DNA of 64,000 bases from Azolla caroliniana. Lineage: Eukaryota; Plantae; Polypodiophyta. Positions within the stretch are counted from its first letter, which is position 1; the number at the start of each line of letters is the position of its first letter. Positions 39,601-50,042 of the stretch are shown here, piece after piece. The stretch spans positions 18,848,001-18,912,000 of the forward strand of contig JBHGNT010000006.1 in NCBI GenBank assembly GCA_043228905.1, written 5' to 3'. The notes beneath the pieces were generated by a model. That model saw only the letters and a list, made by a program, of their open reading frames with translations, was not told the origin of the DNA and did not search any database. The translations under genes and the position numbers were made by a program.

Positions 39601-40254
39601 AGCGAGTTGGGTCATCTGCTTATCACCTTGCCTTACCTCGTAACGTTGGTATTCATCCTGTTTTTCACGTCAGTCGTCTAAAACCATTTTTAGGCTCTAG
39701 TGATAACACCATCACAATCCAAGATCTTGTAACATTAGAGGATTTTTCTTATAAACCTCATGTTCCTGAACGAATTCTTGATTCTCGTACTAAACGTTTA
39801 CGTTCTAAAGAGATTCGGCTATTCAAGATCAAATGGATGGATAAACCTATTGATGATGCCACATGGGAACGCGAGCATTCGCTTAAGGCACAATTTCCTC
39901 ACTTTATATTGCAAGAGTGCAATCTTTTGAAGTAGGGGAGTATGTTATGTACACATAACGTTGGTGAGGGTAGGTCACTAATATTTACATTAGTGAAGGG
40001 TATGTTCACTATTATTAAAAAGGGGACTAATGATTGGATAGAATGAATGATATGTGCATGCACTATCATGATTTAGACAACCAATGAATAGAGAGCCTTT
40101 TAGAAAGGCACATCTATTCAAGGGGCCTAGGAAAAGGTATAAATATGAGGCTTAGCTACCCTCATAGAAATCATCACGTCGGAAGGCTTCTATCCAATCT
40201 ATTTTCTTCCTTTTTACTTGATTTGGTCTATTGATTAGTAATAGACTCTTAACA
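33631..40254 (+). mobile_element. Intact, very young Ty3/gypsy chromovirus (Reina/Tekay-like) with tRNA-iMet PBS
   Basis: 312-bp LTRs 33631-33942 and 39943-40254 (one difference seen); PBS 33944-33955; PPT AGTAGGGGAG; perfect TSD ACATT. Confidence 0.97.
35532..39935 (+). CDS. Gag-Pol polyprotein (gag, CCHC, protease, RT, RNase H, integrase, chromodomain), 1467 aa
   Basis: Uninterrupted ORF: CAYCKKRGHTKDTC, LFDSGSSHNF, KIDLRTGYHQ...FLDD, ETDASD...ADALSR, HHCC plus SMDF/SDRD/QTER, C-terminal PERILDSR...KIKW...ATWE. Confidence 0.97.
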   Translation: MEQVLNAVGTISPNETSQPQSASRTQAEITIEQLLTTTLNQLAEMRQANMALEKKFQELTIESKKEGEPSFVVTPFKGDKKERTEEAISTWLGRWESHFELHPKPDAVKIGYVGRELGGRAAAWWRGLRTAKNLPTTWEGFVDVFKKQFLQPPSQTEQAQHLLTLSSKPFTSLEDYVHHARTQIKKSGLTGEKWFVACFLNGIPNGDYHWIVHDKDPTTFEEAVNIVLRYHRTSQKDHNKPEFAKTPNVKFIGKRKQSSDTLDCDSKKPNLFCAYCKKRGHTKDTCRRLERKSMNTPPQDKSTSHTGESFDIVEVHTNHLSLCECTFPSHLLGPNDLLRAVGYINGTQAHFLFDSGSSHNFLNDHFVQQMELHINASDHIYQVHMANGNVQYISGIVCQLPIQIDTYLEKLDFHVMKLQSADVILGYPCFFNKNPSLSIDWVNHSITFELNNCKHFIQCSKLPSHSLVSSKSLSEYSSSLIYSCVIDPAVQFYYFNINATQLPHFEQRLLDSILEDFQDVFPTELPLTLPPKRNVDHQIELIPGAAPVSIPPYRLSRLEEDEIAKQLKEYLSMGHIRYSKSPWGAPVLLVKKKEGSWRMCINYRRLNKITIKNAYPLPRADDLIDHLHGARYFTKIDLRTGYHQIRIAEDDIPKTAFRTRYGHYEFLVMPFGLTNAPATFQQAMNDVFRDQISDFVVVFLDDILIYSRTLQDHVQHVRFVLRKLRDNSFYAKHSKCDFFQKSIVYLGHLITENGVEIEPSCIEKVKLWPIPCNIRELRSFLGFVGFLRKSIRNYSKLTTPLTDLLKGHPRKSVKPISWNEQLDKSFETLKEHVCQAPTLLLPDPSKPFSIETDASDYAIGAVLYQGGHPIAFESKKLDAAQSRYSVQEKELFAVIHALKTWRHYLYGNKFVVTTDHQSLKYFCDQPDLVGRKGRWAELMQDFDFSIRYRKGSMNTVADALSRIKEVNMLSFTEIKSDLLDHLRGKYLDDSYFSKYWTKAESDLDADTSTLPSKATFHITNGLLYHSGKVCVPDLPNVKQKFFHECHDAPSAGHPGIQRTLVLISCTFFWPKMRSDVHKYVTQCLQCQINKSERLKAAGLLHPLDIPNNKWESISMDFIVSLPRTQRGHDAIWVVVDRLTKLARFIPTKTTVTAQQLAYQFVDELFRFYGLPMDIVSDRDSKFISDFWTQVFKKLETTLSMSSADHPQSDGQTERVNQIIEDMLRAYIAKTPSKWEQYLPILEFAYNSSKHTSTGYSPFMLMYGFQPRAPVDVTIHRDTLDSTRNFLQDMNQMLHIAKENVKTAQDRARFYADQDRRPRAFTIGQKVFLRVPTDSTSLSTGKCAKLAPRYCGPFEILKRVGSSAYHLALPRNVGIHPVFHVSRLKPFLGSSDNTITIQDLVTLEDFSYKPHVPERILDSRTKRLRSKEIRLFKIKWMDKPIDDATWEREHSLKAQFPHFILQECNLLK

Positions 40255-40553
40255 ACATTGTTAACTTGCTTAGAGGGAATGGAACCACTAATGGGTTGCA
40301 CATATCTAGGGTTGTCCAACCAAATGGCTCCTACTTTGACTGGACTTGCGATAGATTTGGGCTATTAGTACTATTAGGACTATAAGATATTCCTACTGAA
40401 ATAGACTTGGGTTTAGTACAATTAGAACTAGCAATGGGGACAGTTCACTACAATATGCCCTGGTCCACCGCAACAGAGACACTGAAATAAATAAATAAAA
40501 TAAATAGAGACATAGTCGATTTGCTCGGCGTTGCTGCTTTTCCTCTTCTGATA

Positions 40554-41103
40554 TGTTGCGCTCGTGATAGGCCACAACCGGTTACCATTCGTATATTCGT
40601 GTGCAAGAAATAACGCTCAGACAGAAAACCAAAGGACAAAATAGCTAAAAACAGAGAACACACAGATTTTACCATGGAAACCCGAACTGGGAAAAACCAC
40701 ATGGAGTCCATTTGCTCCAAAAACATATCACTATGATGATGAGGGGTACAACAAGAAACTCAGAGGAAACGACCTTGAGATCTTCTACGTCAATAAACGA
40801 CTATGGAGTTGCACTTACTCACACTCTCCCTCTCTCACACGTTCTCATAGTTACAAAGACCACTACCCCGTACTAACTATATGTCTTACGATAATGATTG
40901 CCCTAGATGCTTATATACTAGTACAACTTTCGGACTATTTACAAGTATAGCCCACAGAGGCTTATTTCGACTATTTACAGATATAGTCTCCCGAGTTGGC
41001 TGTCTACACGATTTTTGTTTCGGCCTCAACCTATTGGCCTCCACCGAATTCCTCATCAACTCAGCTCTTCTCTCTTCCCTCCGGAGGGACCTGTTTCCCA
41101 ACA
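40554..41103 (-). mobile_element. Solo LTR (TGTT(A/G)GGAAAC family) inside the G1 gag
   Basis: TG...CA ends, TSD TGATA/CGATA; removal rejoins PMEIDTTRHRRPLS|EEEKQQRRANRLCLY. Confidence 0.9.
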
Positions 41104-42306
41104 CGATAATGGTCTGCGATGACGTGTGGTGTCGATTTCCATCGGAGTAGAAGTATTTGCTGGAGACGCATTATATGACTCCCTTGGAAAAGGTTTTGCT
41201 ACAACTGAGGCATAGGTGGGCTCTAATCTTGTCCTTGGCATCTAGAACTGACATTCCGAATGTCGTTCGAAAAGGCGGTTATCGCATCGCACATGCCACT
41301 GATTGCTTCTTTCAATGACTTTGGCTCTTCGGGGAAAGTTAAGAGTAAATCCTTGACATCATTACGTAGGCCAAAACAAAATTGCTCCATTAATTCTTGG
41401 TCATTCTAGGGAATATAAGTGGTGAGAAGACAGAAATCCGCAGCATAAGCCGAGGCCGGCCGCTCACCTTGGTGCAATCTTCGGATTTTGTTGATTGCCG
41501 TCCTAACATTGTTGGTATCTCCAAAACAAGCTTTAAACTCGCCAATAAACTCTTCGAAATTATTTAACAAGGGAGAGCTTTTTTCTAAGAGGGGGGTGAA
41601 CCATGCCAATGTCGTGCCACTAAGTAGCGTGCCTACTAGTCCCACTTGTGATGCATCAGTGGGATATCGAGAAGGGAACAAGGTATACCAAATTGGTTCA
41701 AACTGTTAGGAATAATACTAAAACAGAGAGAGAATTAGAACTAGAGAAGGGAAGTACTATGAGGATTAGTACTAAGAGGAAGGGAATGTGTAAGACTCAT
41801 GAGAGAAAAAAAGAGAAAAAGAGAACGAATGATGATAACAGGTGATATATTATATGAAGAGTAATTACAAGAATAACTATGAGGCTTACGACTGGTGTTG
41901 AACCAATTTGGTTCTTGATAATACCATGTGCCTCTTTTTATAGTGGCTTTAGGAATACTCTTGACATTTCTAGAATGTTCCAGAGAAATCTAGAATATAC
42001 ATGGATTTCCCAAGTGAAATAATAAATGGAAGTAGCATTCTTTGTATTACAACTTATAACTTAATGGTAAGGCTTTTGCCCATGTGCCACAAGGTCATGG
42101 GTTCAAATCCTTTTGAAGCCATACCATGCTATATCATGACAATTCTTTATTATGGTTGGAACATGGAAGACTTTTTTGATATATGTCTTGTTGCCTTTTT
42201 TACTGAATGGGACATTGCCAACATGCCCGTATTGAATGAGTGGTGTCATCCCTAGTCTCAACATAGCCGGGCCAATCAGGTATTCGCGGGTCTCGGAACC
42301 ATTCTT

Positions 42307-44910
42307 TTTTTTTTCCATAAAAAATATGCTCCATTGGTATTAAAATTAACAATGCCAAAGGCAATCTACAAATTGTACATAATAGTTTCCACTCCATAAG
42401 TATATATCGTAAAAAAAGGGACCAAATAATGATGGCATTTGTTATGGCCTCTAAAAAACATCATGTTGCAGCCAACATTGGCTGAATGTGATTCCACATA
42501 TACTAAAGCTCTTTAGTATACCCATATTCAACCTATAAACAAATTCCTGCGGTCCAAGTGAATACATATCTTGGTGGTAATCATGGCTAGTAGTCTAAAA
42601 ACTCCATGTTTGCATTTGGTTCCGCATGTACTAAAGTTGTTCACCATCACCTGGTTGTCCAATAGCTGTTCCCGTTCCTTGGCCTTTAATTTTCCCTTGT
42701 GAATGTCCTTTTGTACCACTTAGGTAATACAAAACTGCTCTCTCCAATCAAGCCATTGAGGTAATCTGCTACTTCTTGGCCGTAGTCTTCTTCAAGCTGA
42801 CTTTCCAAGCTCATAAATCTGTCCAACCTCTTGTATCTTTGTCTGTCTTTTCCCATGCAAGATTGAACCTTCCTCGGCTGTTGCCGTTGAAAACACAACA
42901 CCAAAACAGTCCCTGCAGCACCTGTCACTTTGAAGCAACCATGATAATCTCTACCAACTCAGAACAGCCATACATTGATTAGACCATAATCTCATCACAA
43001 CCATTCTTCATTTAACCCACATCAGTCATGTCTCCGATTAACGTCATTGCCCAAAAACCCCAAAAATCTGTGATAAGAATAAAATCCGTCTAAAAATTCC
43101 TCACCCACTCGTGATGATTGGCTTCGACCCTCCCCACCATCTTCACTCATCCTCACCACAAATATTTCTTCCTTTAGTCGACATCAGCCATCTCACCGAT
43201 TAACCTGGTTCCAATGTCCACGCATATCCTGTATAATCAACAAAAACTTAGGTTAAAACATGTCCTCACCCACTCCTGCACATTGGCTTCGACCCTCCCC
43301 ACCATCTTCACTCATCCTTAACACAATAATTCTTCATTCAGTCGACATCAGCCATCTCACCAAATACCACGGTGGCAATGTCCACGCATATCCTGTATTG
43401 ATCAACACAAAATTAGTGTAAACATTTCCTCACCCACTCGTTATAGTCGGCTTCACCCTCCCCACCATCTTCACTCAACCTTATCACTTTCACACAGAAA
43501 ATTTCTTCGTTCAATCCACATCAACCGTCTAGCCAATTATCGTCATGACCAATGTCCACGAAAAAACCTGTATCAATAACAAAACAGTTAATCTCAAAGT
43601 TTCCTCACTCATGATAGACGGCTTCGACCCCCCCCCCGCCATCTTCCCTCATCCTTATCACAAGACAAGAAATTCTTCATTTAGTCCACGTCAGCCCTCT
43701 TGCCGATTAACATCTTGCACTGTTGACGAAAAACCTGTATTAAAAACAAAAATTAGTGTAAAAATTCCCCACCCAACTCACGATTGTCGACTATGACCCC
43801 GCCACCATACCCCATCCTTTTCTCTTACACATTCTTCCTTCTTTCCACATCAGCCCTCTCGTCGATTAGCTTGTTGCCAATGTCCGTGGAAAACCTGTAT
43901 TTACAACACAAAAACAGTTTACACTTTCCTCACGCACTCATCCTAAACGGCTGTGTTCAATATAAATGGCGCTGGTGGCGGAAACAACCATCGAGGTGGA
44001 ACATAATTCCACTTTACATCTTCCCCTGTTGCATCCAAAAAAATAGGAATGGTTGACCAGACTCTTCTAAGTCGCTTTCTTTTCCGGTTAGGCCCATTTC
44101 CACAACCCTTATAGCTATCATATTCACCTTTAACTATATTTACCAATAATTCCCAGAAAGATTTAACTTGATCCACAACATTAGTATCTTCATCATTATA
44201 TATTTTAGAACACCTTGCTTTCCAAATAATCCATAAGGCCAACGAGGAAATAAAGTTCCAAACATAACACCTAGAAAAGAACTTGACTCCCTGCAAGGAG
44301 CTATTCGTAACGTACACCTGAAAACTTTTCACATGTAAAGTCAATGATGAATTATGATAATGATAAAAAAACAGTTTCTTGATCCAACGTACCCCAAAAG
44401 ATTGTACCCCACGTGCATTTAGTAGCCCTATACTTACGACTTAAAAGCCTAAGAATACGAGCCCAAAAACATTTGGCCGTAACACATTCCCAAAAAGCAT
44501 GATGTAATGTCTCATATGCCCAGCCACACCTACCACATGATCGATCAGGTATTGTTCCCCTCAATAAAGCTCCTACTGGCAATGCATAATGAATCATTAA
44601 CCATCGAAAGTGCAATACCTTGTTCATACATTTAAGCGACCAAAGGTGTTTCCAAAACTTCAACATATATGTAGATGAGACATTACCTTCCTCCCAATAT
44701 TTTTTTCCTGCCGGAATTGACTCTATCTCATTTAACAAAAACTTCCTACCCAATGACACAGAATATGCAAAAAATGGAAGAACTTTCTCTTGCGTACTAT
44801 CAGACATTGGTAACTTCCAACCATAATCTAATGGATCCCACTGCAAATCAACAATTAGTGTAGAATTTAAAACCCATATATGAGATGAATACTTAGCAAT
44901 TAGTGGATTA
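42307..44910 (-). mobile_element. 5'-truncated L1-type LINE with a long 3' region
   Basis: 12-bp TSD GGAACCATTCTT (42295-42306 and 44911-44922); poly(A) seen as a T-run at 42305-42314; zf-RVT domain FWKHLW...CGRC...ETLHHAFWEC and LWIIWKARC. Confidence 0.92.
43015..43940. repeat. Tandem array of about 5.5 units of 165-175 bp inside the L1 3' region
   Basis: TCCTCACCCACTC...GGCTTCGACCCTCCCCACCATCTTCACTCATCC recurs at about 43098, 43263, 43427, 43602 and 43766. Confidence 0.9.
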
Positions 44911-47900
44911 GGAACCATTCTTGATGAGACATCATATGGTTTGAAACGCTAGAGTAGACGAACCATACGTCTTCTGTGTTAGAGGTACTAGTCGGACTAG
45001 AGGCTGACATAGAATTTGCTCTATGTCTCATCACGAACATTCCGCCATATTCGTTATAGTCAAAGTTTGTGGCATTGTTTGTGAGTTGTCCGCTTGTGGA
45101 GACCGACTCACTTTTCTTCTTTCGGCATTCCTCCTCATGGTGGCCGAATTTTCCATAGTATCCACATTCAACAGGGTTGTTTTGTCGACATGGTCCGGCA
45201 TGGAGGCTCCCCCTTCTGAAGAACGTTTCCAAGTGTTTCCACTATCTTGCCGAAAGTGGGAGTTGTTTTCATGGGACATACCTCGTCCATTTTGTCATTG
45301 TCCGGATTGGCCTCTTCTTGCGTGACCGCATCCTCTACCTCTGTCTGAGAGTGAGTAGAGCATGTGCTCTTCCGATGCAGTGCTCCTTGTTTGGATGTGG
45401 TTCTCTTTGACAAGTATCATTAACTGAAAGTCGAAGAAGGAAGGAGGATTCTCCCATGCTAGAACAGTGGTCCGCATGGTGCCGAATTATGATGCTAAGC
45501 TGCTGAGGCATATTTGCATCATCTTGTCGTCATCAACATTGAAGTTGATTGAGTTGGGAGTGAGTCACATAGCTCCTTCATCGTCAAGGTATAGCTTGTG
45601 ATCGACTTGTCCCTTTGTTGGACATTATTCAACTCTTGACGGAGTTGAAGCTTTCATGCAGTCTTATTGGTAGCGAAGATTTTCTTGAGATTTCTTAAGC
45701 TTCCTTTAGTGTCTTGGCTTCTCGAATGTAGTTGGACATGTAATCTTGAACACATCACACCAAGCAATACAACACACAACTTGCCACTTGTTGTCACGGA
45801 CGGTTAGAGCAAGGTAGAACAGAACAAAGCTAGGCAAGAGCAAAGTAGACCAGAGCAAGGGCAGACAAAAGTATACCAAGAGATGAGTAAGAAGCAGAAG
45901 ACAGAATACTGAGAGATGAGCGAGAAGCAGAAGATAGATGAAGCTGAATATTTGATTCCGTAACTGGCGTTATTCACCTTGATTGGGATCAAGGTGAACC
46001 CCTATATTTATACAATTCCATGAGTTCTGCATGCAAGCACAGGGAGTTTCATGCAGGAGCTTCTAGAAAGTTCCAAAACTTTCTGGAACATCAGAAAGAG
46101 ATATTGAACCTATATGCATTTGTGTTTACATTATCATTCCATGTTTGACCAATCGGCAAGACTAATTGACTACATAGACAAAGTCGTGGGTTCAAACCCC
46201 ATCGTAACTTGACATTTTAGTGGATATCATTCTTGACATTTTAGTGGATATCATTCATGAAATGCTCGTACTACGTCCGGGGCATGCTTGAGATGTTGTG
46301 TTGACTCCCATGTTGCTTCGGAGATCAGGTGCCCATTTTAGAGGACAAGGTATTGAAGTTGGCGATGGAAGAGTTGAGAATTTGGTCAACCTCATATTCT
46401 TCTCCGGTCGAGAGCTGGAAGGGTGTGGATCGAGGATTTTAGACAGATGGTGAGGGTCAAGAAGCGAGCCATGCAATACATTATGAATACAAAAGTGGGA
46501 TGGTAGCTCTAAGCAGACAACCATGGAACCAATTTTCTTGATGATTCTGAAAGGGCCTAACTTCTTGTAATTGAGCTTCGGACAAGGACAAGTGGTGGTA
46601 ATATTGCGACAGAGAAGCCAAACAAAGTCTCCTACCTTGAACCAGGGGGCATCTGAGCGAAGACGGTCAACTTGCACTTTGTAGCATTCTCCAGCGAGGG
46701 TGAACTCCAATGAAAGGTCGTGTTGTACATCCTTCAAGAGACGTGCCCGATCCTCCGCGGAAGGATTGATAGAGTCAGAGGGAAGAGAAATGTTGAACCG
46801 GGGGTGGAGACCGTAGTTTGCGAAAAATGAACTAACACTCGTGGACGCATGTAGAGAGTTGTTGTAGGCGAACTCAGCAAATGGGAGAAGGTCAACCTAG
46901 TCGTCTTGTTGGTAGCTAAGAGAGCACCACCAATACTGTTCCAGGATTTGGTTAACCCGCTCCGTTTGTCCATCGGTTTGCGGATGATAGGCTGAAGATA
47001 GATTCACAATACACCTGAAGGTTTGCAAAAGGCGCCGCCAAAAATTGGAAACAAATTATGGTTCTTGATTAGAAGTGATATCGTCCGGGAGTCCATGTAG
47101 TCCAACAACATTTTTGAAAACCAAATCGGCTATATCCTCTCTCGAAATTGTTTTGGCACATGGAGCAAAATGGGCCATCTTGGTGAAGCAATCGACCATG
47201 ACGAACACCGAGTCGTAGCAACCAATAAAGGGAAGATCAGTGATGAAATCCATGGAAAGAGAGGCCCACGGTCGTTTGGGGATTGGGAGGGGTTGAAGGA
47301 GACCATATGGTCGATGATGAGATGCTTTGGAGCGAGCACAAAGATGACAAAGATTGTTGCATGACTTAACGAACTCTTTGACTAATTTTCATGGTTGCGG
47401 CCACCAATACCCTCGAGATATCAACTTCAAGGTTTTCACAACGCCAAAATGACCAGCAGGTGGATCATCATGACACTCTTGGAGCACCCTGGTTCAACAT
47501 GAACCTTTTGGGACATACAAAAGATTATCTCGAAACAAAAGGTTATCCTAAATTGTAAAACAAGCTAAATCGGGCCTTCTGAGTTCATGGGAGGGGTTTG
47601 TGATGCTTGCCTTGACATCTGTTGCGAACTAAGTGACAATTGTAGTGGCTTCTGTTATTTGCTTGAGCAAAGAGTCATCCCGGAGAAAGTGAGTCGCGAA
47701 GTTGTAGAATTGGTCAGGCTTAAACAAACTCTAGGACTGCTGGACATAGGCTTCATCCTCTAGAGTGAGCTCGAACTCAGATCGGTGGGATAAGACATCG
47801 GCCTTCGTGTGTTGAGCGCTAGGTCAAAAGATTATCTCAAAATCATAGTCTGCCAAGAAGGTTGACCATTGCACTTATCTACGATTTAAAGTTCATGTGG

Positions 47901-47930
47901 TAGAAAAGTATATTAAGTTTTTGTGATCGG

Positions 47931-48381
47931 TGTAAATGTTATTGTGCGGAAGTGTTAGACAAACCGGCTCAGCCGGATAGCAACAGAGAATAAGATGAAG
48001 GTTTAATGGAGAAGCTTAGCTTAATACACGGGAGAGACAAAGAGAGCAGAACGTAAACGTAGATTCAAAAATGACTCTAAAACTCTATACATACAATGTG
48101 CTATAACAACACTATTTATACAAAGTCCATAAAGGATTAACAGAAGTACTGACAGGTACTTAATGCTCATACGTGCGACTGACACTAACTACGAGACAAT
48201 GATTACCTAGTAGTCTAGGCTACTACTAGGATTCCGGTTCATGCTTGAATCCGGCTCTCCGATCCGCCTCCCCGATCCGGCCGGTTGTTTTCGGATACCG
48301 ATCCGACTCATCCTTCCAGATGCCAATCCGGCTCAAGCTTATTCAGCCGATCCGGATCCGGTTGAGCTTGCTCACTCAACA
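47931..48381 (-). mobile_element. Solo copia-type LTR
   Basis: TGTTGAGTGAGCAAGCTCAAC...TTTACA, perfect TSD ATCGG, interrupts RNase H motif VTD|HKNL. Confidence 0.93.
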
Positions 48382-49048
48382 ATCGGTAACCACTTGGATA
48401 TGGTGTTGCGCCCCAGCCAAATAGGGTCTCCATTCTTCGAAAGGAAACAATAATAGTGAGAAGCTCCTTATCACATATGGGGTAGTTGATTTCTAGGGCC
48501 GTGAACTTGCGGGAGTAGTTAGCCACTGGGTGAAGCACACAGACCTCATCTGGTTGGGAGAGGATCGCCCCAATGGCGAAATTGGAGGCATCTGTTTCGA
48601 CTTGGAAAGGCTTAGTGGGGTTAGGATGTAAAAGGACTGGTGTCGTAGTAAATGCTTGTTTCAGCAAGTCGAACGCCTTTTGTGCAGTTGTTGTCCATTC
48701 GAAAGTAGCATCCTTGCGAGTAAGAGCAATGATAGGTTGTGCAATCATTGAAAATCCTTTGATGAAACGACAATAAAAATGGGCAAAACCAAGAAATGAT
48801 TGCACGTCTCGTACCCGAGTTGGAACAGCCCACTCTTGGATAGTGTCGACTTTTTGTGTGTCAATTGTGATTCCTTGTGTCGAGACGACATACCCAAGGA
48901 GCTCCACAAAAGTATGATCAAATTCATATTTTTCACTTTTAGCATAAAGTCCATGCTCTCGAAGTTTGGTGAGGACTAACCTGACATGTTGAGTATGCTC
49001 CTTAATGTTCGAAGAGAAGACCAAGATATCATCCAGATAGATCACAAC

Positions 49049-49626
49049 CATAGTTCCTAATATTCGCGTACGTCCAATTTACTGGACGTACGCGAACGTT
49101 TGCAAACGTACGCGTATGATACGCGATATTCGTTTGGCTTTTTTTTTTTTGACTTTTTTTGGGTTTTTTTTATTTTTGATATTCATAATATTTTGTGAAT
49201 AAAAGTGACATCTGACACACATACACACTCTCTCTCTCTCTCTCACACGAGAACTGACAGATTTTCTCTCTCTACAAAATCTAGATATCTAATATACATA
49301 TTACATACTCCCTCACACAGACAAAACCCATAGCTCCTCTCTCTCTCTCTCTCTAGAGTCTAGATATACACTCAATCACTGTCTCCTCACACATGCAAAA
49401 CAGGGCTTCTCTCTCTAGACCACACACGCTCTCTTTCTCTCTCTCTCTCTCTCTCCCCCTCACACACACACACACACTATGTACACCATATACACCATAT
49501 GTATATATAATATATCTATGTACCGCGTATGGATTTCAATCATACTTGGAGCCTTTTCACGTATGAGTATGATACGAATATTGGCGTTTGAGTATGACAC
49601 GAATGGGACGTATGGCTAGAACTATG
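49049..49626. mobile_element. Non-autonomous hAT-type DNA transposon (MITE)
   Basis: TIR CATAGTTC/GAACTATG, perfect 8-bp TSD ATCACAAC, subterminal CGTA repeats. Confidence 0.88.
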
Positions 49627-49729
49627 ATCACAACAAAGTGATCTAGATTGTTGGAAGATGGCATTCATAATATGTTGAAATACTACATGAACATTAGTGA
49701 GGCCGAAAGGTATTACCTTATACTCGAAA

Positions 49730-50042
49730 GGGAAAAGTACCAGGATACCCCTGGAAGTTCGTCTATTTACCAGAATGCCCCTGTAAGTTCCAAATTTACC
49801 AAACTACCCCTATGTCCCAAAAAATATACTTTATAAAGTAATTATACACTCAAATCTTTGGTAAATAGGGCTAGTTCGGGTCCATTTCTTCCATCTTTGG
49901 TAAATAGGGCTTGTAGATTTGAGTGTATAATTACTTTATAAAGTGTAATTTTTTGGACATAGGGGTAGTTTGGTAATTTTGGAACTTCCAGGGGCATTCT
50001 GGTAAATAGACGAACTTCCAGGGGTATCCTGGTACTTTTCCC
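49730..50042. mobile_element. Mutator-like foldback MITE
   Basis: TIRs of about 128 bp (49730-49857 and 49915-50042) starting GGGAAAAG; perfect 9-bp TSD TACTCGAAA. Confidence 0.93.

Larger units (their letters stand above)
20120..42141 (-). mobile_element. Decayed Ty3/gypsy chromovirus, Tcn1-like (G1), hosting further insertions
   Basis: 5' LTR 41704-42141 and truncated 3' LTR 20120 to about 20547; perfect TSD ATTCT; gag 40430-41686, PR LLDSGA 33259-33630, RT YLDD and RNase H 21725-23450, INT SLDFIT, chromodomain [35 protein letters not shown] at about 20590-20705. Confidence 0.93.
17899..45791 (-). mobile_element. Old Ty1/copia element forming the base of the nest: gag 44923-45791, PR 42142-42306, INT 18300-20119, RT start 17900-18300
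   Basis: Fragments rejoin in order across the insertions: SHQEWF|RD across the L1 TSD, HVPTIIKN|LVSVGQIV across the gypsy TSD, LSHL|RIFG across the solo-LTR TSD. Confidence 0.88.

Noticed and set aside
42050-42125. Functional tRNA gene
   Set aside because: Only the A/B boxes and a partial T-arm are present; acceptor and anticodon stems do not pair. Reported as an LTR module instead.
43015-43940. Hammerhead ribozyme array
   Set aside because: No CTGATGA...GAAA catalytic core found in the units on either strand.
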